Shown one piece after another: positions 1-10,804 of a stretch of 64,000 nucleotides of DNA. The first letter of the stretch is position 1. The number at the start of each line of letters is the position of its first letter. The notes below the pieces were generated by a model. That model was not told where the DNA came from. It saw only the letters and a program-made list of their open reading frames with translations, and made no database searches. The stretch is from an uncultured delta proteobacterium (lineage in GTDB: Bacteria; Desulfobacterota; Syntrophia; Syntrophales; UBA5619): the NCBI GenBank assembly GCA_963817385.1, contig CAWFOM010000007.1, positions 32,001-96,000 on the forward strand. Reading direction: 5' to 3'. A program made the translations under genes and the position numbers.

Positions 1-267
<267 letters not shown>

Positions 268-317
268 TCGTTCGTGAGAGAAGAAGGATGCTACTCTCGT
301 AGAAAAGTTCACGCAAA

Positions 318-342
318 ACCCTCCCCCGTCGAGGGGGAGGGT
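318..342. terminator. GC-rich hairpin after porB (terminator or REP-like)
   Basis: ACCCTCCCCC-GTCGA-GGGGGAGGGT, perfect 10-bp stem. Confidence 0.5.
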
Positions 343-483
343 ACGGGCATACGGCGGGGAAGGAAAGGGGGCGCCGGAGGAAGGAACATCACTTTACTTT
401 TTTATAAGATTAGGTGAGGATTATAGCGCTACAAGATATTGGGCCGGAAGATCGGAACGTTTTTCAAACAAAGGAGGGACTGT

Positions 484-1480
484 ATGAAAAAGGTATCTTG
501 GACAGTGAAAATTACTATGGCGACGGTATGTTCTCTTGTGCTGATGGGTAGTCTTTCAGTAAACACGGCATATGCCTGGGAGCCTACGAAACCGGTGGAA
601 TTTATTGTACCGGCGGGCACCGGGGGGGGCGCGGATGTGATGGCGCGGTTCATCTCGCCGCTGATCAGCAAGTATCAGCTGGCGCCTCATCCGTTCATTG
701 TGATCAACAAATCCGCGGGGGCGGGCGGGGAAGGATTTCTCTATTTGAAGGGGAAGAGCAAGGATCCCCATACCATCATCATCACGCTTGATAATCTGTT
801 TACGACGCCGCTGTCGACGGGGCTGCCGTTCAACTGGCGGGACATGACTCCAGTGGCGCGGTTGGCGCTGGATTATTTTGTCCTGTGGGTGAATGAGGAA
901 TCTCCGTACAAGACGGCCAAGGAGTATCTGGATGCGGTAAAGAAAGAACCGGGGAAGTTTATGATGGGAGGGACCGGAACCGCCCAGGAGGACCAGATCA
1001 TTACCGTTCAGATGGAGCAGGCCTTCGGCGTGAAGTTCGGCTATGTTCCCTTCAAGGGCGGGAGGTGCGGTGGCCGTTGAACTCGTGGGGAAGCACGTCA
1101 ACTCAACAGTGAACAATCCCGCGGAGGCGGTCAGCCACTGGAAGGCGAAGAGATTGAGGGCGCTGGCGACGATCGATAGCGAGAGGATCAAGCTTCCTCT
1201 CTGGGATACGATCCCGACTATGAAGGAATCATCGGGGGTAGACATGAGCTATCTCATGCTCCGCGGGATCTTTGCCGCGCCGGGAATCACCAAGGACCAA
1301 CAGGAGTATTATATCACCGTGATGAAGAAGGTGACGGAGACGCCCGAATGGAAGAAGTACATTTCGGACATGGGTCTGAAGGGTGCGTTTTTAACGGGAC
1401 CTGACTATGTAAAATGGCTCGAACAAAAAGAAAATATCACCAAAGAACTCATGGCCAAGGGGAACCTGCTGAAGAAATGA
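484..1480 (+). CDS. tctC: Tripartite tricarboxylate transporter substrate-binding protein (TctC/Bug), split by a +1 frameshift near 1060
   Basis: RBS AGGAGG, signal peptide, PAGTGGGAD motif. Two overlapping ORFs (439..1080, 1043..1480) join to PFKGGGAVAV when one G is removed. Confidence 0.9.
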
Positions 1481-1559
1481 CAGCGAGTCGACATCCATGG
1501 AGCGAGATGAGAATCTCGCTCCATGCCTTTTAATTAAGGTCAATTTAAAAGGGGGGAGT

Positions 1560-2036
1560 ATGAAAAAAGCTGAAATATGGGTTTCTTTGGCATTTGTGTT
1601 GCTCGGCATCGTCGTCATCATCGATTCAATAAGGCTTGGTTTTATGTGGGGGATGAGCGGTCCGGAATCCGGATTTTTCCCCTTCTATCTGGGGGTGGGT
1701 GTGGTTATATCCTCCCTGGTCGTCTTTTTCGACGCTTTTACCCGGTACAAAAAGGAGGGGGCCGGCAAGCCTTTGATGCCGCCGGGGGCCATAAAGCCCA
1801 TCCTTTGGGTTTTGATTCCGTCAACCTCAATGGTCGTGATCACGGAATTTGTCGGGCTCCACATCGCCGCGGCGCTGTATCTGGCGTTCTACATGCGCGT
1901 TGTAGGGAAGATTGGATGGGTGACGACGCTTCTCGTCGGTGTCATCTCTCCGCTGTCGCTCTATTTCACTTTTGACAAGCTATTCTTGATTCCGCTGCCC
2001 CAGGGGTTGTGGGGAGCATATCTGCTGCGGTTCTAA
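1560..2036 (+). CDS. tctB: TTT small membrane subunit TctB
   Basis: 4-5 TM helices, GPESGFFP motif, C-terminal LPQG, lies between tctC and tctA. Confidence 0.9.
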   Translation: MKKAEIWVSLAFVLLGIVVIIDSIRLGFMWGMSGPESGFFPFYLGVGVVISSLVVFFDAFTRYKKEGAGKPLMPPGAIKPILWVLIPSTSMVVITEFVGLHIAAALYLAFYMRVVGKIGWVTTLLVGVISPLSLYFTFDKLFLIPLPQGLWGAYLLRF

Positions 2037-2102
2037 GGAAGACAAGACAGAGCGATCCGATAATCGTCTCCAACACAGACAAACCGATAAGAGGTGAGTA
2101 AT

Positions 2103-3605
2103 ATGGTGGAAAACATAAACAATCTGATGGTGGGTCTTAATGTCGTGTTTCAGCCTTACAACCTCATGATAATCATCATCGGGCTTATTCTTGGAATCAT
2201 TGTCGGGGTGCTGCCTGGTCTGGGCGGCGCCAACGGTGTAGCTATCCTCATCCCCGTCGTGGTCACGATGCCGGCCACAGCCGGGGTGATTCTTTTGTCA
2301 ATGATCTATTGGGGGGCGCTCTATGGGGGAAGCATCACGTCAATACTGTTTAACATTCCGGGAGAACCCTGGGCGGTGGCGGCTACCTTCGACGGTTACC
2401 CCATGGCCAAGAAAGGACGGCCGGGCAAGGCGCTCGTGCTTGCTTTTCTCGCCCATGGCGTCGGCGCTCTTTTCGGCTGTATTGTACTGACCTTCTTTTC
2501 ACCCATCCTCGCGGAGTTTGCCTTGAAGTTCGGGCCGGCAGAGGTCTTTGCGGTCATGATGCTGACGTTCAGCGCCTTTGTGGGGCTGGGCGGAAAATCA
2601 CCTCTCAAGACGGTGGTGGCCATTCTGTTCGGTTTCATCCTGGCGGCCGTGGGGATGGACATCGTCAGCGGGCAGCTCCGCATGACTTACGGCACCGTTG
2701 TTCTGATGGGAGGGTTTAATTTTGTGGTGGCGGTCATCGGACTCTTCGGGCTGGGAGAGATATTTCTGACAGTCGAGGAGGGATTGAAGGTGGAGGGGAT
2801 ATCGACAAAGATCGGCTTGAAGGACATCTGGGACGGGATGAAGGATGTCATCCGCTATCCGAAGGCCCTCATTACCGGAACGCTCGTCGGCGTCTGGATG
2901 GGGTTCAAACCGGGAGGCGCTACGCCCGCTTCGTTCATGGCCTATGGTTTTACCAAGCAGTCCAGCGCGAATGCCGCTGAATTCGGGACAGGGGTCTCAC
3001 CCGGAATCATCGCCCCCGAAGCCGCAGCCCATGGCGCCGGAACATCGGCCATGATCCCCATGATCACGCTGGGGATCCCCGGATCGCCCACCATGGCGGT
3101 GATCATGGGCGGCTTGATGATCTTCGGGCTTCAACCCGGGCCGATGCTTTTTAAGGAGAATGTCGATTTCGTCTGGGGGCTCATCGCTAGCACCTGGGTG
3201 GGCAATATATTCGGATTCTTTGTTGTCTTGGCATTCGCACCCATCTTTGCCGCCGTGCTGAAGGTCAGGTTTGCGATCTTCATGCCCCTTATCATCTATG
3301 TGTGCGCGATCGGCGCCTATGCGGTGAACAACCGGATGATCGACGTCTACTATATGCTGCTCTTCGGCGTTCTCGGCTATCTGTTCAAAAAGCTCGATTA
3401 CCCCATTGCACCGATGGTGCTGGCGCTGGTCCTGGGCGATATGGCGGAATCGGCGATGAGACAGGCCCTGATCATCGGACACGGCAGCCCGATGGTATTC
3501 TTTACACTTCCTTTGGCATTGCCGCTTATGGTCGCAGCGATTATCATCTTCTTCTGGCCCGTGATCGCTCCGTTGAAAGCGAAAATGTTCGGCAAGAAGG
3601 CCTGA
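2103..3605 (+). CDS. tctA: TTT large membrane subunit TctA
   Basis: GVLPGLG, YGGSITSILFNIPG, APEAA and TLGIPGS motifs. Confidence 0.95.
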   Translation: MVENINNLMVGLNVVFQPYNLMIIIIGLILGIIVGVLPGLGGANGVAILIPVVVTMPATAGVILLSMIYWGALYGGSITSILFNIPGEPWAVAATFDGYPMAKKGRPGKALVLAFLAHGVGALFGCIVLTFFSPILAEFALKFGPAEVFAVMMLTFSAFVGLGGKSPLKTVVAILFGFILAAVGMDIVSGQLRMTYGTVVLMGGFNFVVAVIGLFGLGEIFLTVEEGLKVEGISTKIGLKDIWDGMKDVIRYPKALITGTLVGVWMGFKPGGATPASFMAYGFTKQSSANAAEFGTGVSPGIIAPEAAAHGAGTSAMIPMITLGIPGSPTMAVIMGGLMIFGLQPGPMLFKENVDFVWGLIASTWVGNIFGFFVVLAFAPIFAAVLKVRFAIFMPLIIYVCAIGAYAVNNRMIDVYYMLLFGVLGYLFKKLDYPIAPMVLALVLGDMAESAMRQALIIGHGSPMVFFTLPLALPLMVAAIIIFFWPVIAPLKAKMFGKKA

Positions 3606-3627
3606 GAAACCTGAGGGAGAAATAGCA

Positions 3628-4569
3628 ATGAATTTCCTGATTGCGGGCGGCGCCGGGTCGGTCGGCCGGGACTTGACCGCATCCCTCCTGCGGGAGGGGC
3701 ACCGGGTAAAGGTCTTGGACAAGCGGGCCGAGACGGTTTCTCCCCTTCATGATGAGAAGTTGGAATGGATACAGGGGGGGCTCGAAGAGGTTCGGCTTGT
3801 TCAAGAAGCGATCCAGGGAGTGGATATCGTCATTCACCTGGCGTGGTCTTTTTCCGACGATCCGGTCGAACTTCTGGAAGGCGACCTCAAAGGGCATGTC
3901 GTATTGCTCGACGCATGCGTAGCTGCGAAAGTTTCTCGTCTCTTTTATGCAAGCAGCGCTGTTGTGTATGGAAAGCCGGTTCACCTGCCCATAACCGAAG
4001 ATGCACCGTGCGTGGTGGAAGATGCGAGGAAGCCTTTCTACGCAATCGCCAAGCTTACGGCGGAAAAACTTGCGTTGACCTACGGGAAGATGAAGGGGCT
4101 GCCCGTAACGGTTTTTCGCTTCTGGTGGTCCTATGGGAAGAAGATCGGCGGGAGGCACCTCCGCGAAATGATCACGCGTGCGCAAACGGGGCAACCGTTA
4201 ATGGTCCCTGACGGGTCGGGCGGAAGCTTCCTCGATCACGATGACCTGGCGCATGCCCTCCTGCTGGCCATTCACAGGCAGGAGAGCATCGGGCAGATAT
4301 TTAACCTGGCGACAATTTATCTCAAGTGGACAGATATCACTCGAATGATCATGGAGGCCACCGGGTCATCCTCTTCCTTGGAAGTCATCCCGGCCAGGGA
4401 GTGGAAAGGGGCGCAATTTTTAGCCGATTCTTGGGAGTTATCAATCGCCAAAGCCGAACGGCTTTTTGATTATCGTTCCTTGTTTTCTCCTGCAATAGCA
4501 CGACAGCGGCTTGAGAAGGCTATCGAACAGGGGAGTGAGGGAGGAAACGGTAAGTTATTAGTATCTTAG
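3628..4569 (+). CDS. NAD(P)-dependent epimerase/dehydratase (extended SDR)
   Basis: GGAGSVG Rossmann motif, HLA, ASSAVVYG, catalytic YAIAK. Confidence 0.9.
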   Translation: MNFLIAGGAGSVGRDLTASLLREGHRVKVLDKRAETVSPLHDEKLEWIQGGLEEVRLVQEAIQGVDIVIHLAWSFSDDPVELLEGDLKGHVVLLDACVAAKVSRLFYASSAVVYGKPVHLPITEDAPCVVEDARKPFYAIAKLTAEKLALTYGKMKGLPVTVFRFWWSYGKKIGGRHLREMITRAQTGQPLMVPDGSGGSFLDHDDLAHALLLAIHRQESIGQIFNLATIYLKWTDITRMIMEATGSSSSLEVIPAREWKGAQFLADSWELSIAKAERLFDYRSLFSPAIARQRLEKAIEQGSEGGNGKLLVS

Positions 4570-4665
4570 AATGGCTTACTGTAACAGGTGTCTCCCCGTT
4601 ACGTTCATAACGCTTCAGGGAGGCGCATATCACAGCGGTGGCTTGTGCCACAAAAGGAGGGGACT

Positions 4666-5253
4666 ATGCGACGTGTGATGGGGGTAGTGGTTTTGGCAGT
4701 GGTCATGTTGACGGGGTGCGCCGGCCTGCAGAAGACGGACAGCGCGGTGTCAGTCTACAAGGTGATGGAAGATATCCAAGAACAGATTACGTGGCAGGCA
4801 TGGAATGCCAATGGCTGGGCGGGGAGCCCGATTGTTGTCGAGGCGGTGCTCGCCCAGAACAAGAAGGGACCGATCCCGGGCATGGACAATGCGAAGTGGA
4901 AGACCGTGCCCGAGAAAGATGCGATCGTTCAAGGTTTCATCAACAACGAGGCGGCCAAGTTTCTGAAGGCGGAAACGGCGAAGACCGACGGGATCTGCGT
5001 CGGGTTCTTTCTGAACGGCGCCCAGGGCGAGAAGGTCGCCTTCTCCGACAAGACCGGCAGTTACATCCACAAGGGGTCAGCGAAGTTCGACGTGCCCTTC
5101 ACCACGGGTAAAACCTGGCAGGGAAAACCGGAGCTGGAGGACAAGATTTACGTGATCCAGATTTCGGTTCCCGTTCTCTCCGAGGGGAAGCCGATCGGCG
5201 CGCTCGTCGTCGAGATCGACGGATCAAAGCTGGAAGGGCTTGCCAAGAAGTAA
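4666..5253 (+). CDS. Lipoprotein with a stand-alone PDC/Cache-like sensor domain
   Basis: RBS AGGAGG, lipobox LTGC, C-terminal QISVPV..GKPIGALVV pattern typical of Cache domains. Confidence 0.65.
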   Translation: MRRVMGVVVLAVVMLTGCAGLQKTDSAVSVYKVMEDIQEQITWQAWNANGWAGSPIVVEAVLAQNKKGPIPGMDNAKWKTVPEKDAIVQGFINNEAAKFLKAETAKTDGICVGFFLNGAQGEKVAFSDKTGSYIHKGSAKFDVPFTTGKTWQGKPELEDKIYVIQISVPVLSEGKPIGALVVEIDGSKLEGLAKK

Positions 5254-5267
5254 GTAACCGCTGTCTG

Positions 5268-5290
5268 ACGCCCGGCCCCGGGCCGGGCGT
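5268..5290 (+). terminator. Hairpin after the lipoprotein gene
   Basis: ACGCCCGGCC...GGCCGGGCGT 10-bp stem, weak U-tract. Confidence 0.45.
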
Positions 5291-5411
5291 TGCACCGCTG
5301 ATCGGTGTCGCACGAAGGATCGAAAGACGGGAAGAGGGAGCCCTCCTAATATTCTTTCCGTCAGGACGACTTTGAGATTTATCTGTATCCGGCAATAAGG
5401 GAGGCACCATA

Positions 5412-6149
5412 ATGGATTTTGGCATGTTGGGGAGAATCGACTTTAGCATGGAATTTGTCATGGCCTTTCTGAGCATCGTGCTCATCGACCTGGTCCTTGC
5501 CGGGGACAATGCCGTGGTCATTGCCATGGCCGTGAAGAATCTCCCGAAGAAAAAACGGTTTTGGGGTATCATGATCGGCGCGGGGGGGGCGGTTCTGCTC
5601 CGGGTGGCATGCACCTTCGTGGTTTCCCAGCTTCTGGTCATGCAGTACGTAAAGCTGGCGGGAGGCGCGGTGATCATCTGGATCGGGATCAAGCTCTTGG
5701 TGGAAGGCGCCGAGGATGAGGGGGGGCACAAGGAGGCGGGAACGATACTCCAGGCCCTCTGGATCATCATGGTGGCGGACATCAGCATGTCCATCGATAA
5801 TATGCTCGCCGTGGGGGCGGCCTGCAAGGGGAATCTCTTTCTCCTGATCTTCGGGCTGGCCCTCAGCATCCCCTTTGTGGTGTTCACCAGCAACCTCCTC
5901 TCCAAGCTCATGGACCGGTATCCGATCATTCTGTGGATCGGCGCGGCCATCCTGGGAAAGGTGGGCGGGGAGATGATGATCACCGACCCGTTCGTTGTCA
6001 ATATCATCCATACGACCAAGGCGATGGAGTACGGCTCCATGATCTTCTTCACCATCCTGGTGGTCGGTACCTCGAAGCTCATCCTCATGAGAAAAGCGGC
6101 AAAGGTCAGGGCGGAGATGGCTGCCGGAGGCGGCGCTGCGCAGACCTAG
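5412..6149 (+). CDS. TerC/YjbE family membrane protein
   Basis: DLVLAGDNAVVIAMA and ADISMSIDNMLAV motifs. Confidence 0.9.
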   Translation: MDFGMLGRIDFSMEFVMAFLSIVLIDLVLAGDNAVVIAMAVKNLPKKKRFWGIMIGAGGAVLLRVACTFVVSQLLVMQYVKLAGGAVIIWIGIKLLVEGAEDEGGHKEAGTILQALWIIMVADISMSIDNMLAVGAACKGNLFLLIFGLALSIPFVVFTSNLLSKLMDRYPIILWIGAAILGKVGGEMMITDPFVVNIIHTTKAMEYGSMIFFTILVVGTSKLILMRKAAKVRAEMAAGGGAAQT

Positions 6150-6155
6150 TTCACC

Positions 6156-8498
6156 CTACTGGGCATAGTAATTGATCAGACATCCTGCCAGGATGATGTC
6201 CCGATCTTCCCGGGAGAGACTCTCCAGGATTAATTCCAGAGATTTTCGCTTCCCTTCGCGGATAACGAAGGCGGGGAGCTTATCCCTGCCGTTCAGGATG
6301 GCCTGGCGGATCCCCGGGATATAGATGAGATCGTCCACTGCCAGATCACCCATGGCTTCCTTCCCGATCGTGAAGGGCAACATCCCCCAGTTGATCAGGT
6401 TGCTCCGGTACCGTTTGGTGGCATACTCCAAGGCGATATTCGCCTGTCCCCCGAGAACCTTCTGGCAGGACGCCGCCTGTTCCCTGGCGGATCCGTCGCC
6501 GGGCTTGATTGCGAAGATAACGCTCGCGAGCCCCGTATCGTCAATAAACCGGCGGATTTCTTCGGGGGTCGGTTTCCCCTCCGTCCAGAAGGAGGATAGC
6601 GCGTCGATCAGATCGTCCGCCGGCCCTCCTTCGGCAAGCAGCGTGAGCCGTCTCTTCTCGAGTCTCTGAAACGCCTTGGCCCGGGCGACGTAACCGGGGT
6701 CTTTCCGCGACAGGGTGAACTCGGCAAGCTTCAACGGATTGGAACGATAGGACGACGTCTCCCCGGACGGGATCAGTTCGTCTGTCGTCGTAATCGGATC
6801 ACGGATAACCGAGGCCAACGTGAGCAGCAGGTTCTCCGGGAGCGGCAGCATCTTCGGCCAGTCGGCGATATTCGGTCCGAATCGCAATGGCTCTTCGCGA
6901 TGGGCGTTCCCGAAGCCCTGGTAGACCCGATGGTCATAGACACTTCCGTCAAAGACGTACGCAGCCGGCGTTGCGGGAGCATCGCATTCCGTAGCCGGAG
7001 TCAACAGACCCCCATTAAGAGCCGTTGCGGCAATTGATCGCGCGTCCATCAAAGCAACCGAAGCCAACTGGCCGCTTGACGGTATCGACCCCTCTCGGTT
7101 TGGAAAGTTCCGTGTCGTATGCCGGATGCAGAGAGAGTTATTGGCCGGGGTATCCCCCGCTCCGAAGCACGGTCCGCAGAAAGCGGACCGGATGACCGCT
7201 CCGGCGTTCATCAGTTTTTCGATGGACCGGTTCCTGATCAGCTCGATAAAGACCGGCTGGCTCGCCGGGTAGACGCTCAGGGAGAATGCGCCGCTGCCGG
7301 TGGATCTGCCGTTCATGATTTCCGCCATGACCACGATATTGTCGAAGGTCCCTCCGGCGCAGCCCGCGACAGTCCCCTGATCCACCTTGAGTCTCCCCCC
7401 GACGAGCTTGTCGGTCAGACGAAATACCAGGTTGGGATTCTCCATCAGTTTGTTTCCGTCTGCCTCCACCTTGCGCAGGATTTCGAGTGCATTCCGGTTC
7501 AACTCGGAAATCGGCCAGACATTGCTGGGGTGGAACGGCAGGGCGATCATCGGTTCCACCCGGCTCAGATCCACGTTAACGATCCCGTCATACCAGCAGA
7601 CGTCGCCCGGCTCCATCCGCCGATAATCCTCCGGGTGACCATGGATCCGGTACCAAGACTCCACCTGTTCATCCGTTTGCCAGATCGAAGAGAGGCAGGA
7701 CGTTTCGGTGGTCATGACATCGATGCCGTTCCGGTAATCGATCGGAAGGTTGGCCACACCCGGCCCGAGGAACTCCAAGACCTTGTTTTTCACGAATCCG
7801 CTCGAGAACACGGCCCGGATGAGGGCAAGCGCCACATCCTGCGGTCCGACCCCGAGGGCCGGCCGGCCTTCCAGGCGTACCGCCACGACCTCCGGGTAGT
7901 CCAGATCATAGGTTCGCCCCAGGAGCTGCTTGACGATTTCCGGTCCGCCCTCTCCGAACCCCATCGTACCCAAGGCGCCGTAGCGGGTATGACTGTCCGA
8001 GGCCATGATCATCCTGCCACACCCGGCCATTGTTTCCCGCATATACTGGTGCATAACCGCCTGGTGGGCCGGCACAAAGATACCGCCGTACTTCCTGGCA
8101 GCCGAGAGACCGAACGCGTGGTCGTCCTCGTTGATGGTTCCGCCGACGGCGCAGAGGCTGTTATGGCAATTGGTGAGGACAAACGGCACGGGGAATTCCT
8201 TCAGCCCGCCGGCCCTGGCCGTCTGGATAATCCCGACGTACGTAATGTCGTGGGATGACAGTGAATCAACCCGAAGTTTGAGGTTTTGCGGGGTGCCCGA
8301 CTGGTTATGCGAGGTGAGGATCTGATGAGTCAGGGTTCCGGCGCGGGCCGTCTCCTTCGCGATCCGTTGCCCGGGTAAAGGCGCAAGACCCGCCCCCCTC
8401 AGGCGCGTGTTGATCTCCTCCATGCCCTGCAGATCGGCATCCTCCAGGACCAGTTGTCCCCGGAGTACAAACGCCCCTTGAGCGGATACAGTCACCAT
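6156..8498 (-). CDS. Aconitase-family hydratase (YbhJ-like)
   Basis: SHDITYVGIIQTA, NCHNSLCAVGG, SDSHTR, AGCAGG, CGPCFG, TRNFPNREG, GSAREQAA. Confidence 0.9.
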   Translation of the reverse strand: MVTVSAQGAFVLRGQLVLEDADLQGMEEINTRLRGAGLAPLPGQRIAKETARAGTLTHQILTSHNQSGTPQNLKLRVDSLSSHDITYVGIIQTARAGGLKEFPVPFVLTNCHNSLCAVGGTINEDDHAFGLSAARKYGGIFVPAHQAVMHQYMRETMAGCGRMIMASDSHTRYGALGTMGFGEGGPEIVKQLLGRTYDLDYPEVVAVRLEGRPALGVGPQDVALALIRAVFSSGFVKNKVLEFLGPGVANLPIDYRNGIDVMTTETSCLSSIWQTDEQVESWYRIHGHPEDYRRMEPGDVCWYDGIVNVDLSRVEPMIALPFHPSNVWPISELNRNALEILRKVEADGNKLMENPNLVFRLTDKLVGGRLKVDQGTVAGCAGGTFDNIVVMAEIMNGRSTGSGAFSLSVYPASQPVFIELIRNRSIEKLMNAGAVIRSAFCGPCFGAGDTPANNSLCIRHTTRNFPNREGSIPSSGQLASVALMDARSIAATALNGGLLTPATECDAPATPAAYVFDGSVYDHRVYQGFGNAHREEPLRFGPNIADWPKMLPLPENLLLTLASVIRDPITTTDELIPSGETSSYRSNPLKLAEFTLSRKDPGYVARAKAFQRLEKRRLTLLAEGGPADDLIDALSSFWTEGKPTPEEIRRFIDDTGLASVIFAIKPGDGSAREQAASCQKVLGGQANIALEYATKRYRSNLINWGMLPFTIGKEAMGDLAVDDLIYIPGIRQAILNGRDKLPAFVIREGKRKSLELILESLSREDRDIILAGCLINYYAQ

Positions 8499-8730
8499 CG
8501 AACGTCTCCTCTCCTACTTAGGTGAAATTATGCCTTACCGTATAAAATTTCTTCCGGATATTCAAGCGCATTCGAAGTGATTCATCAATATCCCGATCAC
8601 CTCATCCATGATCGGCAATCGGTCCGTATCCTTACCCGTATTCGCCCGCTAAGATAATTCAATCAACACAGATCGGACAGCGGCGGATGCCGCGCCTCTT
8701 TACGTCAGGCAGCCGGAAAGCGGCGAAAGC

Positions 8731-8773
8731 ACAATGCGGGTGATGAAAGCTACTTTTTCATCACCCGCATTGT
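8731..8773. terminator. 18-bp perfect inverted repeat downstream of the minus-strand tctC
   Basis: ACAATGCGGGTGATGAAA-N7-TTTCATCACCCGCATTGT. Confidence 0.6.
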
Positions 8774-8848
8774 TTTCCTGTCTCCGCTTCGTGAAAGCGG
8801 GGGCGTGGAAGGCCGTGCCCCCGTCACTCATCCCTTTGTGTACGGGAA

Positions 8849-9829
8849 TTACTTCTTCTTAATCAGGTTCATCTCCTTGAGGATCTGGGCGTACTTGCCG
8901 CTCATCTCGGTGAGGTATTTCATGAACTCGTCACCGGCCATATATCCTTCGGAGATCATGTTGTCCTTGTAATACTTCTTGAAGATATCCGTTCGCGTGA
9001 CTTTATAGAGCGCTTCCTCCAAGACCTTCCGTGCATCCGCCGGAATGTCGGCCGGGGCGGCGAGGCTGCGGTTCTGTCTGAAGATGACGTTGAGTCCCTG
9101 CTCCTTCATCGTGGGGATGTCGGGGGCTTCGGTCATCCGCTTATCGGAGAAGATGCCGAGGATCCGCAATTTGCCCGCCTTGACAAGCTCCAGCATTTCA
9201 CCGGGATTGCCGACCGACATGTCAACGTGGTTGCCGAGGAGCGCCACATTGGCATCCGCCTGGCCGTTGAAGACGACCGAGTTGAACTGGACGCCGGCTG
9301 CCTTTTCGACCATGCTCATGCAGATGGTGTCCGGACCGCCGAGCTGGGTGACGGCCAGGGAGATCTTCTTGGGATTGGCCTTGGCGTCGGCCAGCACCTC
9401 CTTGATGGATTTATACTTCGAGTTGGTGCCCACCGCCAGGACGAGCTCGTCGAAGGCCAGGTTGGCGATCGGGGTGAAGTCCTTCAGGCCGACCGGCGTC
9501 AGGCCCATGATCGGGGTCGTCAGAAAGGTGGGGGTGGCCGTAACCAGGAAATAGGGGTCCTTCTTCTTGCCGGCAACATAGGAGAAGGCGATCCCTCCGC
9601 TCCCGCCCGGCTTGGGCTCGACGATGACCGGCTGGGGGAGAATCTTGTTCTTCTCGATGGCTGCGGCGATGGTGCGTGCGAACATATCGCTGCCGCCGCC
9701 GGCCGAGGCATGGACGATGATGGTGATGGGCTTTTCCGGGAATTTACCGGCGCCCAAGGCATTTCCGGCCCCGAAAGCGACGAGCAGAACGACAACGAAC
9801 AGTACGGACACCTTGCACAGGTTTTTCAT
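8849..9829 (-). CDS. tctC: Orphan TctC/Bug substrate-binding protein
   Basis: Signal peptide, SAGGGSD, KPGGSG, PDIPTMKEQG. Confidence 0.9.
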   Translation of the reverse strand: MKNLCKVSVLFVVVLLVAFGAGNALGAGKFPEKPITIIVHASAGGGSDMFARTIAAAIEKNKILPQPVIVEPKPGGSGGIAFSYVAGKKKDPYFLVTATPTFLTTPIMGLTPVGLKDFTPIANLAFDELVLAVGTNSKYKSIKEVLADAKANPKKISLAVTQLGGPDTICMSMVEKAAGVQFNSVVFNGQADANVALLGNHVDMSVGNPGEMLELVKAGKLRILGIFSDKRMTEAPDIPTMKEQGLNVIFRQNRSLAAPADIPADARKVLEEALYKVTRTDIFKKYYKDNMISEGYMAGDEFMKYLTEMSGKYAQILKEMNLIKKK

Positions 9830-9989
9830 TTTTCCCCTCCGTGAGATGGTTAATTCGCCGCGGTTTTTTTATGGATCACCGAACGGCGATTGGACAGAAA
9901 AAAAGGTAAGATAAAACCGCTATCATTCCTTCTTCGACCAATACCCTTCCGCATTACCTCCTTCATCCGGCCGGACGAATGTCGCCCTG

Positions 9990-10763
9990 CTAAGCCTTTA
10001 ACGCCTTAAGCGCCTCCCGGCCCTTTTCGATGATCAGGTTCGTTTCATAGGAGTAGGTGATCATCCGCATCCCCTGGCCGATCCAGTAGCGGAGATCATC
10101 GATGCCGGGGATGTGGTTTCCGGAGGCCTTTCCGTTCTTCCGGCAGGCGTCCACCACCTTCTGGACGGCCGCCCTCATCTCGGGATTTTGCCCCTGACCG
10201 GGGTAACCCATGTCGAGGGAGAGGTCCTGCGTACCCATCATGGCCACGTCGATCCCGTCAACGGCGGTGATCGCCTCGACGTTGCCGATCGCCTCGCGGC
10301 TCTCTATCTGGGCAATCAGCAGGGTTTCATCGTTGACGGCCCGGAAATAATCGGCCGCCGCCTTGAATTCCTGGCGCTCTTTCTGACGAAAAACGGGAAT
10401 CGCGGCGCCGCGCCTCCCTTCGGGTGGATACTTCCCGAAACTGACGAGCTGCCTTGCTTCCTCCGCCGTATCGAGATGGGGCACCCAGATCCCCTCCGCG
10501 CCCATGTCCAGAGTCTTCGCGACATAGGCGTAGTCGAGGCGGGGGATCCTCACGACGCTCGTGATCTCGATCTTGCGCGCGAACTGCAGGAGGTGGGTAA
10601 GATCGGACATGTCGTAGAAGGCGTGTTCCATGTCGACGACGAAATAATCGAAGCCGGCAATCTCCAGGATCTCGGCGATATTGATGTTGCGCGCCTCCTT
10701 GATCATGATGCCGAAGACCGGCTCATTGTTCTTCAGTTTTTTCTTGATCTTGTTGATTCTCAT
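9990..10763 (-). CDS. HpcH/HpaI (GarL-like) class II pyruvate aldolase
   Basis: GFDYFVVDMEH, VVRIP, LDMGAEG, YPPEGRRG, AQIES, GTQDLS. Start taken at MRINKIKKKL. Confidence 0.88.
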   Translation of the reverse strand: MRINKIKKKLKNNEPVFGIMIKEARNINIAEILEIAGFDYFVVDMEHAFYDMSDLTHLLQFARKIEITSVVRIPRLDYAYVAKTLDMGAEGIWVPHLDTAEEARQLVSFGKYPPEGRRGAAIPVFRQKERQEFKAAADYFRAVNDETLLIAQIESREAIGNVEAITAVDGIDVAMMGTQDLSLDMGYPGQGQNPEMRAAVQKVVDACRKNGKASGNHIPGIDDLRYWIGQGMRMITYSYETNLIIEKGREALKALKA

Positions 10764-10804
10764 ATACTCTCTCCTCTCTCTTATATTTATTACAAAAAGA
10801 TGCC

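Noticed and set aside
5291..5411. yybP-ykoY manganese riboswitch
   Set aside because: The conserved GGGGAGUA and GAGACC segments were not found.
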